A stretch of 63,929 nucleotides of DNA, counting the filler, from Octopus bimaculoides (lineage: Eukaryota): assembly GCF_001194135.2 (NCBI RefSeq). It is 7 parts of 7 records of this genome, joined end to end, with 100 filler letters (N's around TTAATTAATTAA, not from the genome) between each part and the next. Parts side by side here need not be neighbours in the genome. Positions count along the whole stretch, not along the records: positions 13,763 to 18,272 come from NC_068987.1; positions 18,373 to 23,387 come from NC_068998.1; positions 23,488 to 43,252 come from NC_068983.1; 4 more parts are not named here. One strand, written 5' to 3'. Shown in pieces: positions 13,763 through 25,039 of this stretch. How positions within the stretch are numbered: the stretch's first letter is position 1; each line of letters starts with the position of its first letter. The position numbers were made by a program, and so were the translations under genes. The notes below the pieces were generated by a model. The model was not told the DNA's origin, searched no databases, and saw only the letters and a program-made list of their open reading frames with translations.

Positions 13763-13940
13763 CTTATTCTATCGGTCTCTTTTACCGATGCTGGTGTGTT
13801 TACGTCCCCGTAACTTAGCGGTTCGGCAAAAGAGACCGATAGAATAAGTACTAGGCTTACAAATAATAAGTCCTGGGGTCGATTTGCTCGACTAAAGGCG
13901 GTGCTCCAAATGACTGAAACAAGTAAAGGAGTAAAAGAGT
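13763..13940 (+). mobile_element. SINE family B 3' half
   Basis: gtgtttacgtccccgtaacttagcggttcggcaaaagagaccgatagaataagtac...tgactgaaacaagtaaa. Confidence 0.8.
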
Positions 13941-14529
13941 AACGTAATAGGAATATGGAAGAAGAAATGGATTTTAAGAGATGAAGCTGGAGATTAGAGT
14001 TCACTTCAAAACATTTATTATTATATATTGATGTCTGCTTAAGTGAATGCTGTAACGATAGTTAAGACCAAAACGAAGCCTCAAGAAATAAAGGAACGAG
14101 AATAATGAAATCTGCGTCAATAAATAAGGACACAGACAGTAGCAAGATTTTCAGGGGAGGTAATTATGCTGGAAATTATTTCCATGGGAGGTAATTCATG
14201 ATGACCAGTTTATATTATGATATAAATTATATATAAAAAAAATAAAAATAAAAAATAATTGGTGAGGAAATATCATTTGCAAGCTACAGCGATGTGGAAA
14301 AAAAAAATTGAAAGGTAAACAAAGGGATAATGATAAATGAAAGGTTTTAGGCTTGTAGAAACAAAATTAATTGGGGAAAAAAATTCGAAATTTTAATGGA
14401 ACGAGCGTTCAATTGGAAATCTGTTCAAAAGAACAGGATTTGAATTGTAAATTTTAAAATATGGTAATTATTCATAATATTTTATCGTAATAAGTTTGAT
14501 TTGTTGAATAATTAAGTTTGTATGTTTTT

Positions 14530-14569
<40 letters not shown>

Positions 14570-15524
14570 CAACATAGAAAAACAATTAACATTATTTGAA
14601 AATTTGCTATATGACTTACATAAACGCCTGAGACTTCAGTGGTAGATAACTACGATTAAATTATTGCTAAGTATTTCGGAATCAATCATGCTATTAGATA
14701 AAGTTTATATCAACTATTCGAAATTTCAGTAGCTATTTAAAAACAGTGAAGTGAACAACGTTGTCGGCCGTTGTCGGCAGAAGTCACCTCCCCTAACAAA
14801 ATATTTCTTTGGTCTTAGTTATCTCCCTTTAGCTATATTTTGACGAAATCTTGACCCTTTGGTTCCGAAATAAATCCGAGTGCAAATCTTATTTTGACAT
14901 ACTTTTTATTTCATCTTTCTTGAGCCGACAAAACAACAAGAAAACGAATATATATCAAACTTTAAATGAATACTTTGATTATTTTCGACAGTATTGTTCT
15001 CAAGTTTAAGGTCCAAGTCAACGCCCCTCAAGCACAAATATGGCAAAATGAATTTAAACCACGATTAATCCGTCCTTTAAGGGATATATAGGACTACAAC
15101 TATTTCTTTTCGAAGACAGGATGTGATTTTAGAGAGATTTGGCTGTTATTTCTAGCACAGGGAAGTTACTACGTTCGCTCGTTTTAGTATTGTGTGCCCG
15201 GAACACTGGCACTTTATTGACTACAAACAAAAATCGTTGGTACATTAAATAATTGTAATGAAATTACTTAACCAGGAATCGAGCACGTGTCGCAGGCTTG
15301 ATTTGCCAGGAGTTCCTCAGAATTCAACACCAGTGTGTCTCTCTAAACAAACGAAGCAGAGAAACTCTACCTCGTCTGAAATGCTAGAAATATTAATCAA
15401 ATCTCCGATAAATCGCACTATATAGATATAACGAAAGCACACATTGGACAACATGGTTCCTGGTACATAGAATACGGGGCTCGATTATGACAAGAATACC
15501 TTTCATCATTTCGTAGGGTTGAGA

Positions 15525-15730
15525 AAAGCTGACCCAGAGTGACAGGAGCACTCCGTCGATTACGACGACGAGTGTCCCAGCTGATACGATCAACGGAACA
15601 GCCTGCTCATTAAATTAACGTGTAAGTGACTGAGCAATCCACAGACACGTGTTCCCCTAACGTAGTTCTCAGAGAGACTCAGCGTGACACATAGCGTGAC
15701 AAGGCCGGCCCTTTGAAATACAGGTACTAC
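15525..15730. mobile_element. Interspersed repeat (family E; gacccagagtgacaggagcactccgtc... type)
   Basis: GC-richer block resembling a common octopus repeat, from recall. Single copy in this window. Confidence 0.45.
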
Positions 15731-15860
15731 CCGCATGGTTCTGGGTTCAGTCCCATTGCGTGGCACCTTGGGCAAGTGTCTTCTACTATAGCTTCGAGGT
15801 GACTAAAGGCTCGTGAGTGGATTTAGTAGACGGAAACTGAAAGAAGCCCGTCGTATTTGT
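15730..15860 (+). mobile_element. SINE family B 5' part
   Basis: catggttctgggttcagtcccattgcgtggcaccttgggcaagtgtcttctactatag...gaaactgaaagaagcccgtcgta. Confidence 0.8.
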
Positions 15861-15968
15861 ATTTGCTTGTAACCCCTCCACAGCGAACCAGAGACGACCT
15901 GTTTGGAAACTGAAACGAACAACGCTCACATTAAATACTCTCACTCTCTCTCTCTATCTCTATCTCTA

Positions 15969-16010
<42 letters not shown>

Positions 16011-16374
16011 ATGCACGCGCGTGTATGTATATATGTTCGTATCATGGAAGACTCGCTGTAAAAGATGCAGAAGGTATATTCACGTTTTGTTTTTCCCCGA
16101 ATACCTCAAAACTTCATCAGTTCGCTGACCAGGTCAATGGCGAAATATCATAAACCTGACCAAGTTTTATAAGCTTTAGGTTTTCCTTTTTCTTTTGGCC
16201 ATGGACGTGACCCATGACACTACGTCACACACACACACTCACACATCCACGCACAGTGACACATGCATACACACACATTCAAACACAGTGACATGCATAC
16301 ACCTACATACACAAATGCACACACACATTCGCACACATACATAGATACAGACGCACATTCACACACACACGGGT

Positions 16375-16525
16375 GTGAGAGCAAGAAGCACGTTTTGCAG
16401 CCACGTGGTTCCGTCCTACTGCATGGCACCTTGGGTAAGGGTCCTCTACTATAGCCCCGGACCAACCAATGCCTGGTGAACAAATGTGGCCAACGGAAAC
16501 TGTGTGGAAGCGCGTCGTGTATGTG
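16375..16525 (+). mobile_element. SINE family B 5' part, diverged
   Basis: ccacgtggttcc...ggcaccttgggtaagggtcctctactatagccc...acggaaactgtgtggaagc. Confidence 0.7.
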
Positions 16526-16544
16526 TATGCATATATATATGTAG

Positions 16545-16770
16545 TGAAACTACCTCCCGCCATTACATACAATCTTCTCATTTAAATATAAATAAATGCG
16601 AGCGTAGTAGAGAACCCATTCCTTGTCCATCACGTGACTGATCATTATTCGAATCGGCAACTTCTTCGAACCGTTCCCGCCAGAACGCGAACTGACCAAT
16701 CACGGCCCCTAATAAGGTCACGTGATAGAGTAAAATTCTAAAGGCATTTGGAGCCCTCTTAACGCTATAT
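16545..16770. promoter_or_regulatory. Putative CpG-rich promoter
   Basis: TCACGTGA at 16630-16637 and GTCACGTGA at 16717-16725 (USF/MiT E-box), CCAAT at 16696-16700, TTCCCGCC at 16674-16681, CTCCCGCC at 16555-16562. High local CpG density. Confidence 0.5.
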
Positions 16771-18057
16771 ATAGATCAACTCATANNNNNNNNNNNNNNN
16801 NNNNNNNNNNNNNNNNNNNNNNNNNNNNNNNNNNNNNNNNNNNNNNNNNNNNNNNNNNNNNNNNNNNNNNNNNNNNNNNNNNNNNNNNNNNNNNNNNNNN
16901 NNNNNNNNNNNNNNNNNNNNNNNNNNNNNNNNNNNNNNNNNNNNNNNNNNNNNNNNNNNNNNNNNNNNNNNNNNNNNNNNNNNNNNNNNNNNNNNNNNNN
17001 NNNNNNNNNNNNNNNNNNNNNNNNNNNNNNNNNNNNNNNNNNNNNNNNNNNNNNNNNNNNNNNNNNNNNNNNNNNNNNNNNNNNNNNNNNNNNNNNNNNN
17101 NNNNNNNNNNNNNNNNNNNNNNNNNNNNNNNNNNNNNNNNNNNNNNNNNNNNNNNNNNNNNNNNNNNNNNNNNNNNNNNNNNNNNNNNNNNNNNNNNNNN
17201 NNNNNNNNNNNNNNNNNNNNNNNNNNNNNNNNNNNNNNNNNNNNNNNNNNNNNNNNNNNNNNNNNNNNNNNNNNNNNNNNNNNNNNNNNNNNNNNNNNNN
17301 NNNNNNNNNNNNNNNNNNNNNNNNNNNNNNNNNNNNNNNNNNNNNNNNNNNNNNNNNNNNNNNNNNNNNNNNNNNNNNNNNNNNNNNNNNNNNNNNNNNN
17401 NNNNNNNNNNNNNNNNNNNNNNNNNNNNNNNNNNNNNNNNNNNNNNNNNNNNNNNNNNNNNNNNNNNNNNNNNNNNNNNNNNNNNNNNNNNNNNNNNNNN
17501 NNNNNNNNNNNNNNNNNNNNNNNNNNNNNNNNNNNNNNNNNNNNNNNNNNNNNNNNNNNNNNNNNNNNNNACATACAGAACTTTTCCTATAGTGTACTAA
17601 CGAACTGGTATAATTGTCCACGTGTTATTGACTCTCTTTCTATCTGCTGTAATAATACACATACACATACATACTTTTCTTTGTACGACGGCCTGTCTTT
17701 GATTATGTTCTTATATGTCGCATTCACACTCACACACAGACATACATCTTTAACGCTACAATAAATATTTCTGTTATTCATCTAATACGGTTGTGGTCTT
17801 TCATTACTGGTCATCTATGTTATCGTCGCATAACATATCATGTATATCATCCATTGATATATATATTTGTATGTTCGACCGTGTGACGCGTTTAAATAAA
17901 AGGAGTCCTGTTTCTCCATTCGTCACCATTTCTCCTTTTATGAGTTCGCACGGACGTCCCTTACAATTGGTGCCCCCGACGTCGGTCCTTAGCTTACAAT
18001 TGGTGACCCCGACGTCGGTCGTTCCTTACATATATATATATGTATATATATATATAT

Positions 18058-18240
18058 CCTTTCTACTAAAGGCACAAGGCCTGAAATTTGTGGGGAGGGG
18101 ACTAGTCGGTAACATTTATCGACTCCGAAAGGATGAAAGGCAACGTCAACCTCCGCGGAATTTGAACTCAGAACGTAATGACGGACGAAATGCCGTTATG
18201 CATTTCGCCCGGCGTTCTAACGATTCTGCCAGCTCGCCGT
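18058..18240 (-). mobile_element. SINE family A, CpG-intact
   Basis: ttctactaaaggcacaaggcctgaaattt...cggaatttgaactcagaacgta...ctgccagctcgccg. Confidence 0.85.
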
Positions 18241-18372
18241 CTTATTTATTTATTTATATATATATATATATANNNNNNNNNNNNNNNNNNNNNNNNNNNN
18301 NNNNNNNNNNNNNNNNTTAATTAATTAANNNNNNNNNNNNNNNNNNNNNNNNNNNNNNNNNNNNNNNNNNNN

Positions 18373-18790
18373 CAAAGATCATGAAGGAAAAAAATGCCTT
18401 CTAATTGATGTTTCAATACCAGCAGATGACAACGTTTCTCTAAAAGAAATGGAAAAACTTTCAAAATACAAAGACCTGGAAATAGAGATAACTCGAATGT
18501 GGAATCTAAAAACAGAAACAATTCCTATCATAGTAGGTGCCTTAGGTATAATAAAAAAATATTCAGACAAATACATAACAAAAACACCAGGACTTACAAA
18601 TATATATAACATACAGAAAATTGCACTACTGGGTACTGCACACATTCTACGCAAAACACTTTCAATACAGTAAACATAAGAGCACCACAGCAAACCACAG
18701 CACATACCCAAGGCGCACAGAGCTGCGCTCGGTAGTGAAGTGAAAGCACGTTATAAAAATAAAACTACTGAATAATAATAATAATAATAA
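18373..18790 (+). mobile_element. 3' end of an R4/Dong-like REL-endonuclease non-LTR retrotransposon, ending in (AAT)n
   Basis: Uninterrupted frame 18374-18673: KDHEGKKCLLIDVSIPADDNVSLKEMEKLSKYKDLEIEITRMWNLKTETIPIIVGALG...IQKIALLGTAHILRKTL. About 100 bp of 3' UTR follows, then (AAT)n. Confidence 0.8.
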
Positions 18791-19077
18791 TCCCCATAAT
18801 CGTAATCAGCGTCAGGAACAACATAAAAGATAGGCAATTGTTATTTTCAGAAATCAGAAAATGGTATCTATAGTGATACATTGAAAGTAATTAGAACAAT
18901 TTCAACACAAAAATCTGAAACTTCCTGACATGCATGAGAAAGAGCAAAGGAGAGCATAAGTGATATGTATTCTGAGCGTGCTGATTTGAAGAATAGATGT
19001 ACGCTGAAAGAAACTCGTGGATATTCATATATGCACGTATGCGTACGTATCTATATATTTACTGACGGAAGTACATA

Positions 19078-19161
19078 TGTACACACACACAGAGACACAC
19101 ACAGATACACACACACATATACACATAACATACATGTATATGTATATATGTATGTATACAT

Positions 19162-19219
<58 letters not shown>

Positions 19220-19405
19220 CATGTTCATAGATAAAAGTTCTATATTCAAATATACATATATATATACATACCTACACACATATACACACACTCACACATA
19301 CACACACTCACACATACACACACACATATATATACATACAAGCACGCACACACACACATACACACACATATATATACATGCAAACACGCACACACACACA
19401 CATAT
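19078..19405. repeat. Compound (CA)/(TA) microsatellite
   Basis: Directly visible. Confidence 0.9.
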
Positions 19406-20054
19406 CTGATGTACCAATATATAAACATTCATGCATTCGTATATGCATCTGAAAACGAACATCTACACTTTGAGAAATTCTGCAATTTCCATAAACAACT
19501 ATTATATGCAAATACACACCAATTTACACCCACTGTCATCGATGGACACTGTCCAAGATCTGCTTAATTCGAAATATTGCTGGCAGCTTTTCATTGTAAA
19601 CTATTCACGTTTCTCGATCTATGTATCGTAATAGAAACATCGTTGTAAAGAAAGGTAAAGTAGAATTTCAATAAGTGTTCTTAATAGTCAAACCTCTTTT
19701 TCAATGAACGAAATATTTTCAAAGGAATAGCAATTTTATTGTCGGGATTGCGTGACGGGTATAATGTCGTGTATCAGGTTCAAAATCAAATCTTACAGCA
19801 AATATCAATCTCACCACTATTACATTAAGAATAAGACAAAGGAAACTCTGAAATTGTTGCACATAGTTCATTCAACTTTTGTTTTGATATTAGAGTTCCA
19901 ATCAAAACCAGATGTGAGAACGTATCATATAAATCGGCTCCTATAGCAAATTAACCGTATTTGATATACATACATACATACATACATACATACATACATA
20001 CATACATACATACATACATACATACATACATGTATATATATGTATATTCTGATT

Positions 20055-20292
20055 ATATGTCTGTGCACACGTTTGAATGTGGTGTGTGCCAGAGGGTTTG
20101 CAAATCCAATGGGGGTCTTAAAAGACATGTTAGGATCCACAATGAACAGAACTTACTTGCAGGTATTGGTAGTGCAAATCAGAGGTGCAATCTGTGTGGG
20201 TGTTTTTTCAAAACACTGTCTGGTTTAAAAAGCCACATCAGACGCCATGAAAGGGCTAAGGTGTAGGTGCAGGAGGTGGTCAAACTCTGTTT
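20055..20292 (+). mobile_element. 3' fragment of an RTE/BovB-like LINE with C-terminal C2H2-like fingers, inserted beside (CATA)n
   Basis: FECGVCQRVCKSNGGLKRHVRIH...RCNLCGCFFKTLSGLKSHIRRH*. No TGEKP linkers. Flanked by a microsatellite and a gap. Confidence 0.6.
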
Positions 20293-20764
20293 NNNNNNNN
20301 NNNNNNNNNNNNNNNNNNNNNNNNNNNNNNNNNNNNNNNNNNNNNNNNNNNNNNNNNNNNNNNNNNNNNNNNNNNNNNNNNNNNNNNNNNNNNNNNNNNN
20401 NNNNNNNNNNNNNNNNNNNNNNNNNNNNNNNNNNNNNNNNNNNNNNNNNNNNNNNNNNNNNNNNNNNNNNNNNNNNNNNNNNNNNNNNNNNNNNNNNNNN
20501 NNNNNNNNNNNNNNNNNNNNNNNNNNNNNNNNNNNNNNNNNNNNNNNNNNNNNNNNNNNNNNNNNNNNNNNNNNNNNNNNNNNNNNNNNNNNNNNNNNNN
20601 NNNNNNNNNNNNNNNNNNNNNNNNNNNNNNNNNNNNNNNNNNNNNNNNNNNNNNNNNNNNNNNNNNNNNNNNNNNNNNNNNNNNNNNNNNNNNNNNNNNN
20701 NNNNNNNNNNNNNNNNNNNNNNNNNNNNNNNNNNNNNATATATATATATGTATGTATATATATG

Positions 20765-20800
<36 letters not shown>

Positions 20801-20989
20801 TATAATTTTAAAAATAAATACGGGGATCTAAGAGATACCACCATGCTTGAAATAGCTGCCAAAATCTAGTTCTAAAACCACATGAATTACAGCACAAGGT
20901 AAAAATATAAAAAGACGAACACAAAAAAAAACGTAAAAATGACGACGTAAAAATAAATAAAAATAATAATATTGACATCCAACGGAATT

Positions 20990-21170
20990 CAATCTCAAGA
21001 CGGGAGAGGTTGTGACAAAAGTCATTGACACCCCAGGCGGATTGGAAGAACGAACTAGCCGAACTCTTATAAAGAGTAGTGGTCGGTGGTAGTCGGAGAG
21101 AGCGATTGGTAGTCTCGCGAAGTATGTCGTATGAACACATTAATTAAACCTCCGCAGCATGATTTATCTA
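20990..21170. promoter_or_regulatory. Putative CpG-rich promoter, possibly driving a minus-strand transcript
   Basis: ATTGG at 21041-21045 and 21105-21109, TCTCGCGA at 21113-21120, TATAAA at 21068-21073. The minus strand turns T-rich (intron/UTR-like) below 20990. Confidence 0.45.
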
Positions 21171-21640
21171 TACCAACCTGTGGCAGGTTATAAAACAAAT
21201 TTTTATATTAAGTACTGTTATTGCAGCGATCTCATCCAGAGATTTAAAATTAGTTGTTTTTCTCCTTACAGTCGTTTCGATAAGTATATAATGTGAGTAA
21301 AGTTAGCTGGCTGCTGTCTCTAGCTGGGCGGTTGTCCAGTACAGAAAAAGAGAAGTTACCCAGAAACCATTGGTCTACTGGTACTGCCAACGGCTAGAAG
21401 GGAGTAGTAAGCCCCTTACATACAGAATAATCTCGGACACAGGCAATGTGTGGATAAACCAGCTGGAAAAGATGTTTTCCTGGGGTTAGAAAGTAGTAGC
21501 AGTCCTATGTAGCACTGCCACATTGTGTTGGCAAATAAACTTTAATATAAATATATTCAACTTCTCAAATTTTATTGAATACATAACAAATTTGTTTTAA
21601 TATTTACGATGCGCAAGTATAGTTTTTTCATTTACACACA

Positions 21641-21687
<47 letters not shown>

Positions 21688-22378
21688 NNNNNNNNNNNNN
21701 NNNNNNNNNNNNNNNNNNNNNNNNNNNNNNNNNNNNNNNNNNNNNNNNNNNNNNNNNNNNNNNNNNNNNNNNNNNNNNNNNNNNNNNNNNNNNNNNNNNN
21801 NNNNNNNNNNNNNNNNNNNNNNNNNNNNNNNNNNNNNNNNNNNNNNNNNNNNNNNNNNNNNNNNNNNNNNNNNNNNNNNNNNNNNNNNNNNNNNNNNNNN
21901 NNNNNNNNNNNNNNNNNNNNNNNNNNNNNNNNNNNNNNNNNNNNNNNNNNNNNNNNNNNNNNNNNNNNNNNNNNNNNNNNNNNNNNNNNNNNNNNNNNNN
22001 NNNNNNNNNNNNNNNNNNNNNNNNNNNNNNNNNNNNNNNNNNNNNNNNNNNNNNNNNNNNNNNNNNNNNNNNNNNNNNNNNNNNNNNNNNNNNNNNNNNN
22101 NNNNNNNNNNNNNNNNNNNNNNNNNNNNNNNNNNNNNNNNNNNNNNNNNNNNNNNNNNNNNNNNNNNNNNNNNNNNNNNNNNNNNNNNNNNNNNNNNNNN
22201 NNNNNNNNNNNNNNNNNNNNNNNNNNNNNNNNNNNNNNNNNNNNNNNNNNNNNNNNNNNNNNNNNNNNNNNNNNNNNNNNNNNNNNNNNNNNNNNNNNNN
22301 NNNNNNNNNNNNNNNNNNNNNNNNNNNNNNNNNNNNNNNNNNNNNNNNNNNNNNNNNNNNNNNNNNNNNNNNNNNNNN

Positions 22379-22417
<39 letters not shown>

Positions 22418-22599
22418 ACACACACACACACCATGGACTCTCTCGTCATTAGATGACGCATGAGGATGCTACAATTTCTTGCTGAACCGCCATGCAGATG
22501 ATGTGTTTATAGTGATCAAATGTTTGCTTGACCATAAGCTCACTCTATCCAATCAAAATTACTCTTACAAGTGTCCAAAGTGCTACATGTCAGATGACG

Positions 22600-22732
22600 A
22601 AATGATCGCAGAGGAACGTGAAATGAACTGTTTTGCTCAAGAACAGAACGCAACGTTTGGATTGAGAAGCGAAACCACGATTTCGCAATCGTGAATGCAA
22701 CACCCTAACCAATAGGACATGCGCCTTCGTAA
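22600..22732 (-). mobile_element. tRNA-headed SINE family F
   Basis: aacgtgaaatgaactgttttgctcaagaaca...gaaaccacgat...caacaccctaacca matches copies at 43560-43670 and 57870-58015. Confidence 0.65.
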
Positions 22733-22834
22733 GTTGGTGCATGTAGGGGACAGCAGGGGTATGCAATACACGTTGTGAAGGATATTGATTTTATTAAAAA
22801 GAGTGCATACAGGTATGCGTATGTGTATGAATGA

Positions 22835-22875
<41 letters not shown>

Positions 22876-22975
22876 NNNNNNNNNNNNNNNNNNNNNNNNN
22901 NNNNNNNNNNNNNNNNNNNNNNNNNNNNNNNNNNNNNNNNNNNNNNNNNNNNNNNNNNNNNNNNNNNNNNNNNNN

Positions 22976-23019
<44 letters not shown>

Positions 23020-23149
23020 TAAACACATATCTTTTCTCTCGCACAAAAGAACACGCAGGTATATTGAATACTCACACACACATACACTCACACACATACA
23101 CACATACATATATATAAGCATGCATTAACAATGGTAAATTTCCTTTCAC

Positions 23150-23280
23150 GGGATCGTTTATCTACATACTCTGTTAGTTCTCTATTTCCCGCGTTTTTAC
23201 CATAATTCATTGGATCCTACGATGTCCTAATCTTTAAATTTAGCCAATGAATGTAGTATTAAGTGGTATTTTGAAATTTC
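23150..23280. promoter_or_regulatory. Putative promoter with E2F-like and paired CCAAT motifs
   Basis: TTTCCCGCG at 23185-23193, ATTGG at 23209-23213, CCAAT at 23244-23248, TTTGAA near 23270. Confidence 0.35.
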
Positions 23281-23332
23281 CTTACTGTTTCTTATTGTCT
23301 TTCTTTCGCTATTTCAATAACACATGTGTGTA

Positions 23333-23387
<55 letters not shown>

Positions 23388-23487
23388 NNNNNNNNNNNNN
23401 NNNNNNNNNNNNNNNNNNNNNNNNNNNNNNNTTAATTAATTAANNNNNNNNNNNNNNNNNNNNNNNNNNNNNNNNNNNNNNNNNNNN

Positions 23488-23752
23488 GGTACAATTCCCT
23501 GCTACCACCGTTCTTCCAGTCCTTCCAAGCCTGTTTCTTTTGTCTAATAGCCCTGTCTACCTCCTTGTTCCACCACCACGTTACTCTGGGTCGGGAGGGG
23601 ACCTTACACCACCCACAAATCTGGTCGGTGGCTTTCAACAGGTTGTCCCGCAGAAATCTCCAATTGTCTTCCACGTTGTATGATGCTATATCCCCTGCTA
23701 TTTCGTTAAATGCTTCAAGTAACTTGTCTCTAAGTCTCTGTCCATTTGCAGG
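23488..23752 (-). mobile_element. RTE LINE internal fragment (between endonuclease and RT)
   Basis: MEDNWRFLRDNLLKATDQICGWCKVPSRPRVTWWWNKEVDRAIRQKKQAWKDWK contains the RTE WW-N-x2-V motif. Confidence 0.8.
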
Positions 23753-23779
23753 GTCTATATTTATGTGTGTGTCTTTGTG

Positions 23780-23978
23780 CCTGTGATAGTGCTTCCACTT
23801 GACAACTGATGTTAGTATGTCTATGCCCCCATAACTTAGTGGTTCAGCAAAAAAGACTGACAGAATAAGTACTCAGCCTACAAAGAATAAGTTCTGGGGT
23901 CGATTTGTTTGGCTAAAAACCCTTAAAGGTGCTGCTCTAGCATGGCCACAGTCAAATGACTGAAACAAGTGAAAGTAA
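23780..23978 (+). mobile_element. SINE family B 3' half, CpG-decayed
   Basis: gccccataacttagtggttcagcaaaaaagactgacagaataagtac...catggccacagtcaaatgactgaaacaag. Confidence 0.75.
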
Positions 23979-24721
23979 AAAAAAATATGTAGTTTGATAA
24001 ATTATTTCAGTATTGTGAATTAATATTGGCCCAAGTCCTAAACCTTAAGGCAATTAATGTGAAGATCTTACAAAAAAAAAACCAAAAAAAAAACCCAGTT
24101 AATGATTTAGTTAATTTCTCATTTTAGGAAAGAAAAGTAGGATGAATATTCTTAAGAATGTCCAATGGTGGAGATATCAAGAGTTATTAATGATAATCTT
24201 TTAATTTAGTACATAATCATTTTACTAATTTATTTCTATGTTAGAGAGGCAAAATTGCCCTGTTAATTTAGCATCACTGAAAATAGTTAATTTGTATTCA
24301 ATTTTTTTTTCCCATTAGCTTGATATGTAACATGCTAGCTAAGTGGTTAGTATGAGAACTAAAGCAGTTTAATTGTAATTCATTTAAAGGTTAAACAAGT
24401 ACAGTATAATCAGAGATTGGAATACCAAAACCAACTGATCTCTGGTTACACCTATAAGTTTAAATTTTAATTTGGAAAATGAAAAGGAGAAAATAAAAAG
24501 GAAAATGAGTTTTTGTTACTCTGATCAGTATTAAAAAGGAGAAATTTTATAAAGTAGTTAAGTACAAACTATCATCAAATAAGTATAGAACAGTCTAGAA
24601 CAGAATATATGAACCTGGATCTTTATCAGCTTCTGTTTATCGAATTGCGAAATTGCTTTTTCAGCATATAGGAACGCAATCTGATACATCAATTTACACG
24701 GGTAAATATAAGTACAGTCAT

Positions 24722-24765
<44 letters not shown>

Positions 24766-25039
24766 CATGAGAAAATTGTGGACTTTGTAAACCAAAACAA
24801 AGACTGTCTGTCAAAGAGAGCAATAATTTTAAATAAAAATTTGCAAAGAGTTGTGGACTCTATAAGCTGTAGCAAAAGCAATACACCTTAGAGAGTGGTG
24901 ACTGAATAAAAGCTACTAAGGTGTAAATAATTTTTCAGTCCTGTCAGACAGTTTCAGTAATGCAGGTGGCATGATAAAATGCTCCAAGTCCATGCTGTAA
25001 AAGTAATTTGTGACAAGAAGGGCATTCAGCTGCACAAAA

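Noticed and set aside
20055-20266. Two C2H2-like fingers as a second host ZNF gene
   Set aside because: No TGEKP linkers or splice context. The pattern and microsatellite flank fit the C-terminus of an RTE/BovB-like LINE.
22674-22693. Hairpin cacgatt-tcgc-aatcgtg containing a C/EBP-like site
   Set aside because: It is the tRNA-derived arm of a minus-strand family F SINE, not an independent enhancer or tRNA gene.
24407-24448. 11-bp stem taatcagagat/atctctggtta as a pre-miRNA
   Set aside because: Only ~42 nt and does not extend, which is too short for a canonical precursor.
24599-24692. Open frame YEPGSLSASVYRIAKLLFQHIGTQSDTSIYT ending at a GT donor-like site
   Set aside because: No polypyrimidine acceptor, an upstream in-frame stop and no recognisable homology. 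The evidence is insufficient.
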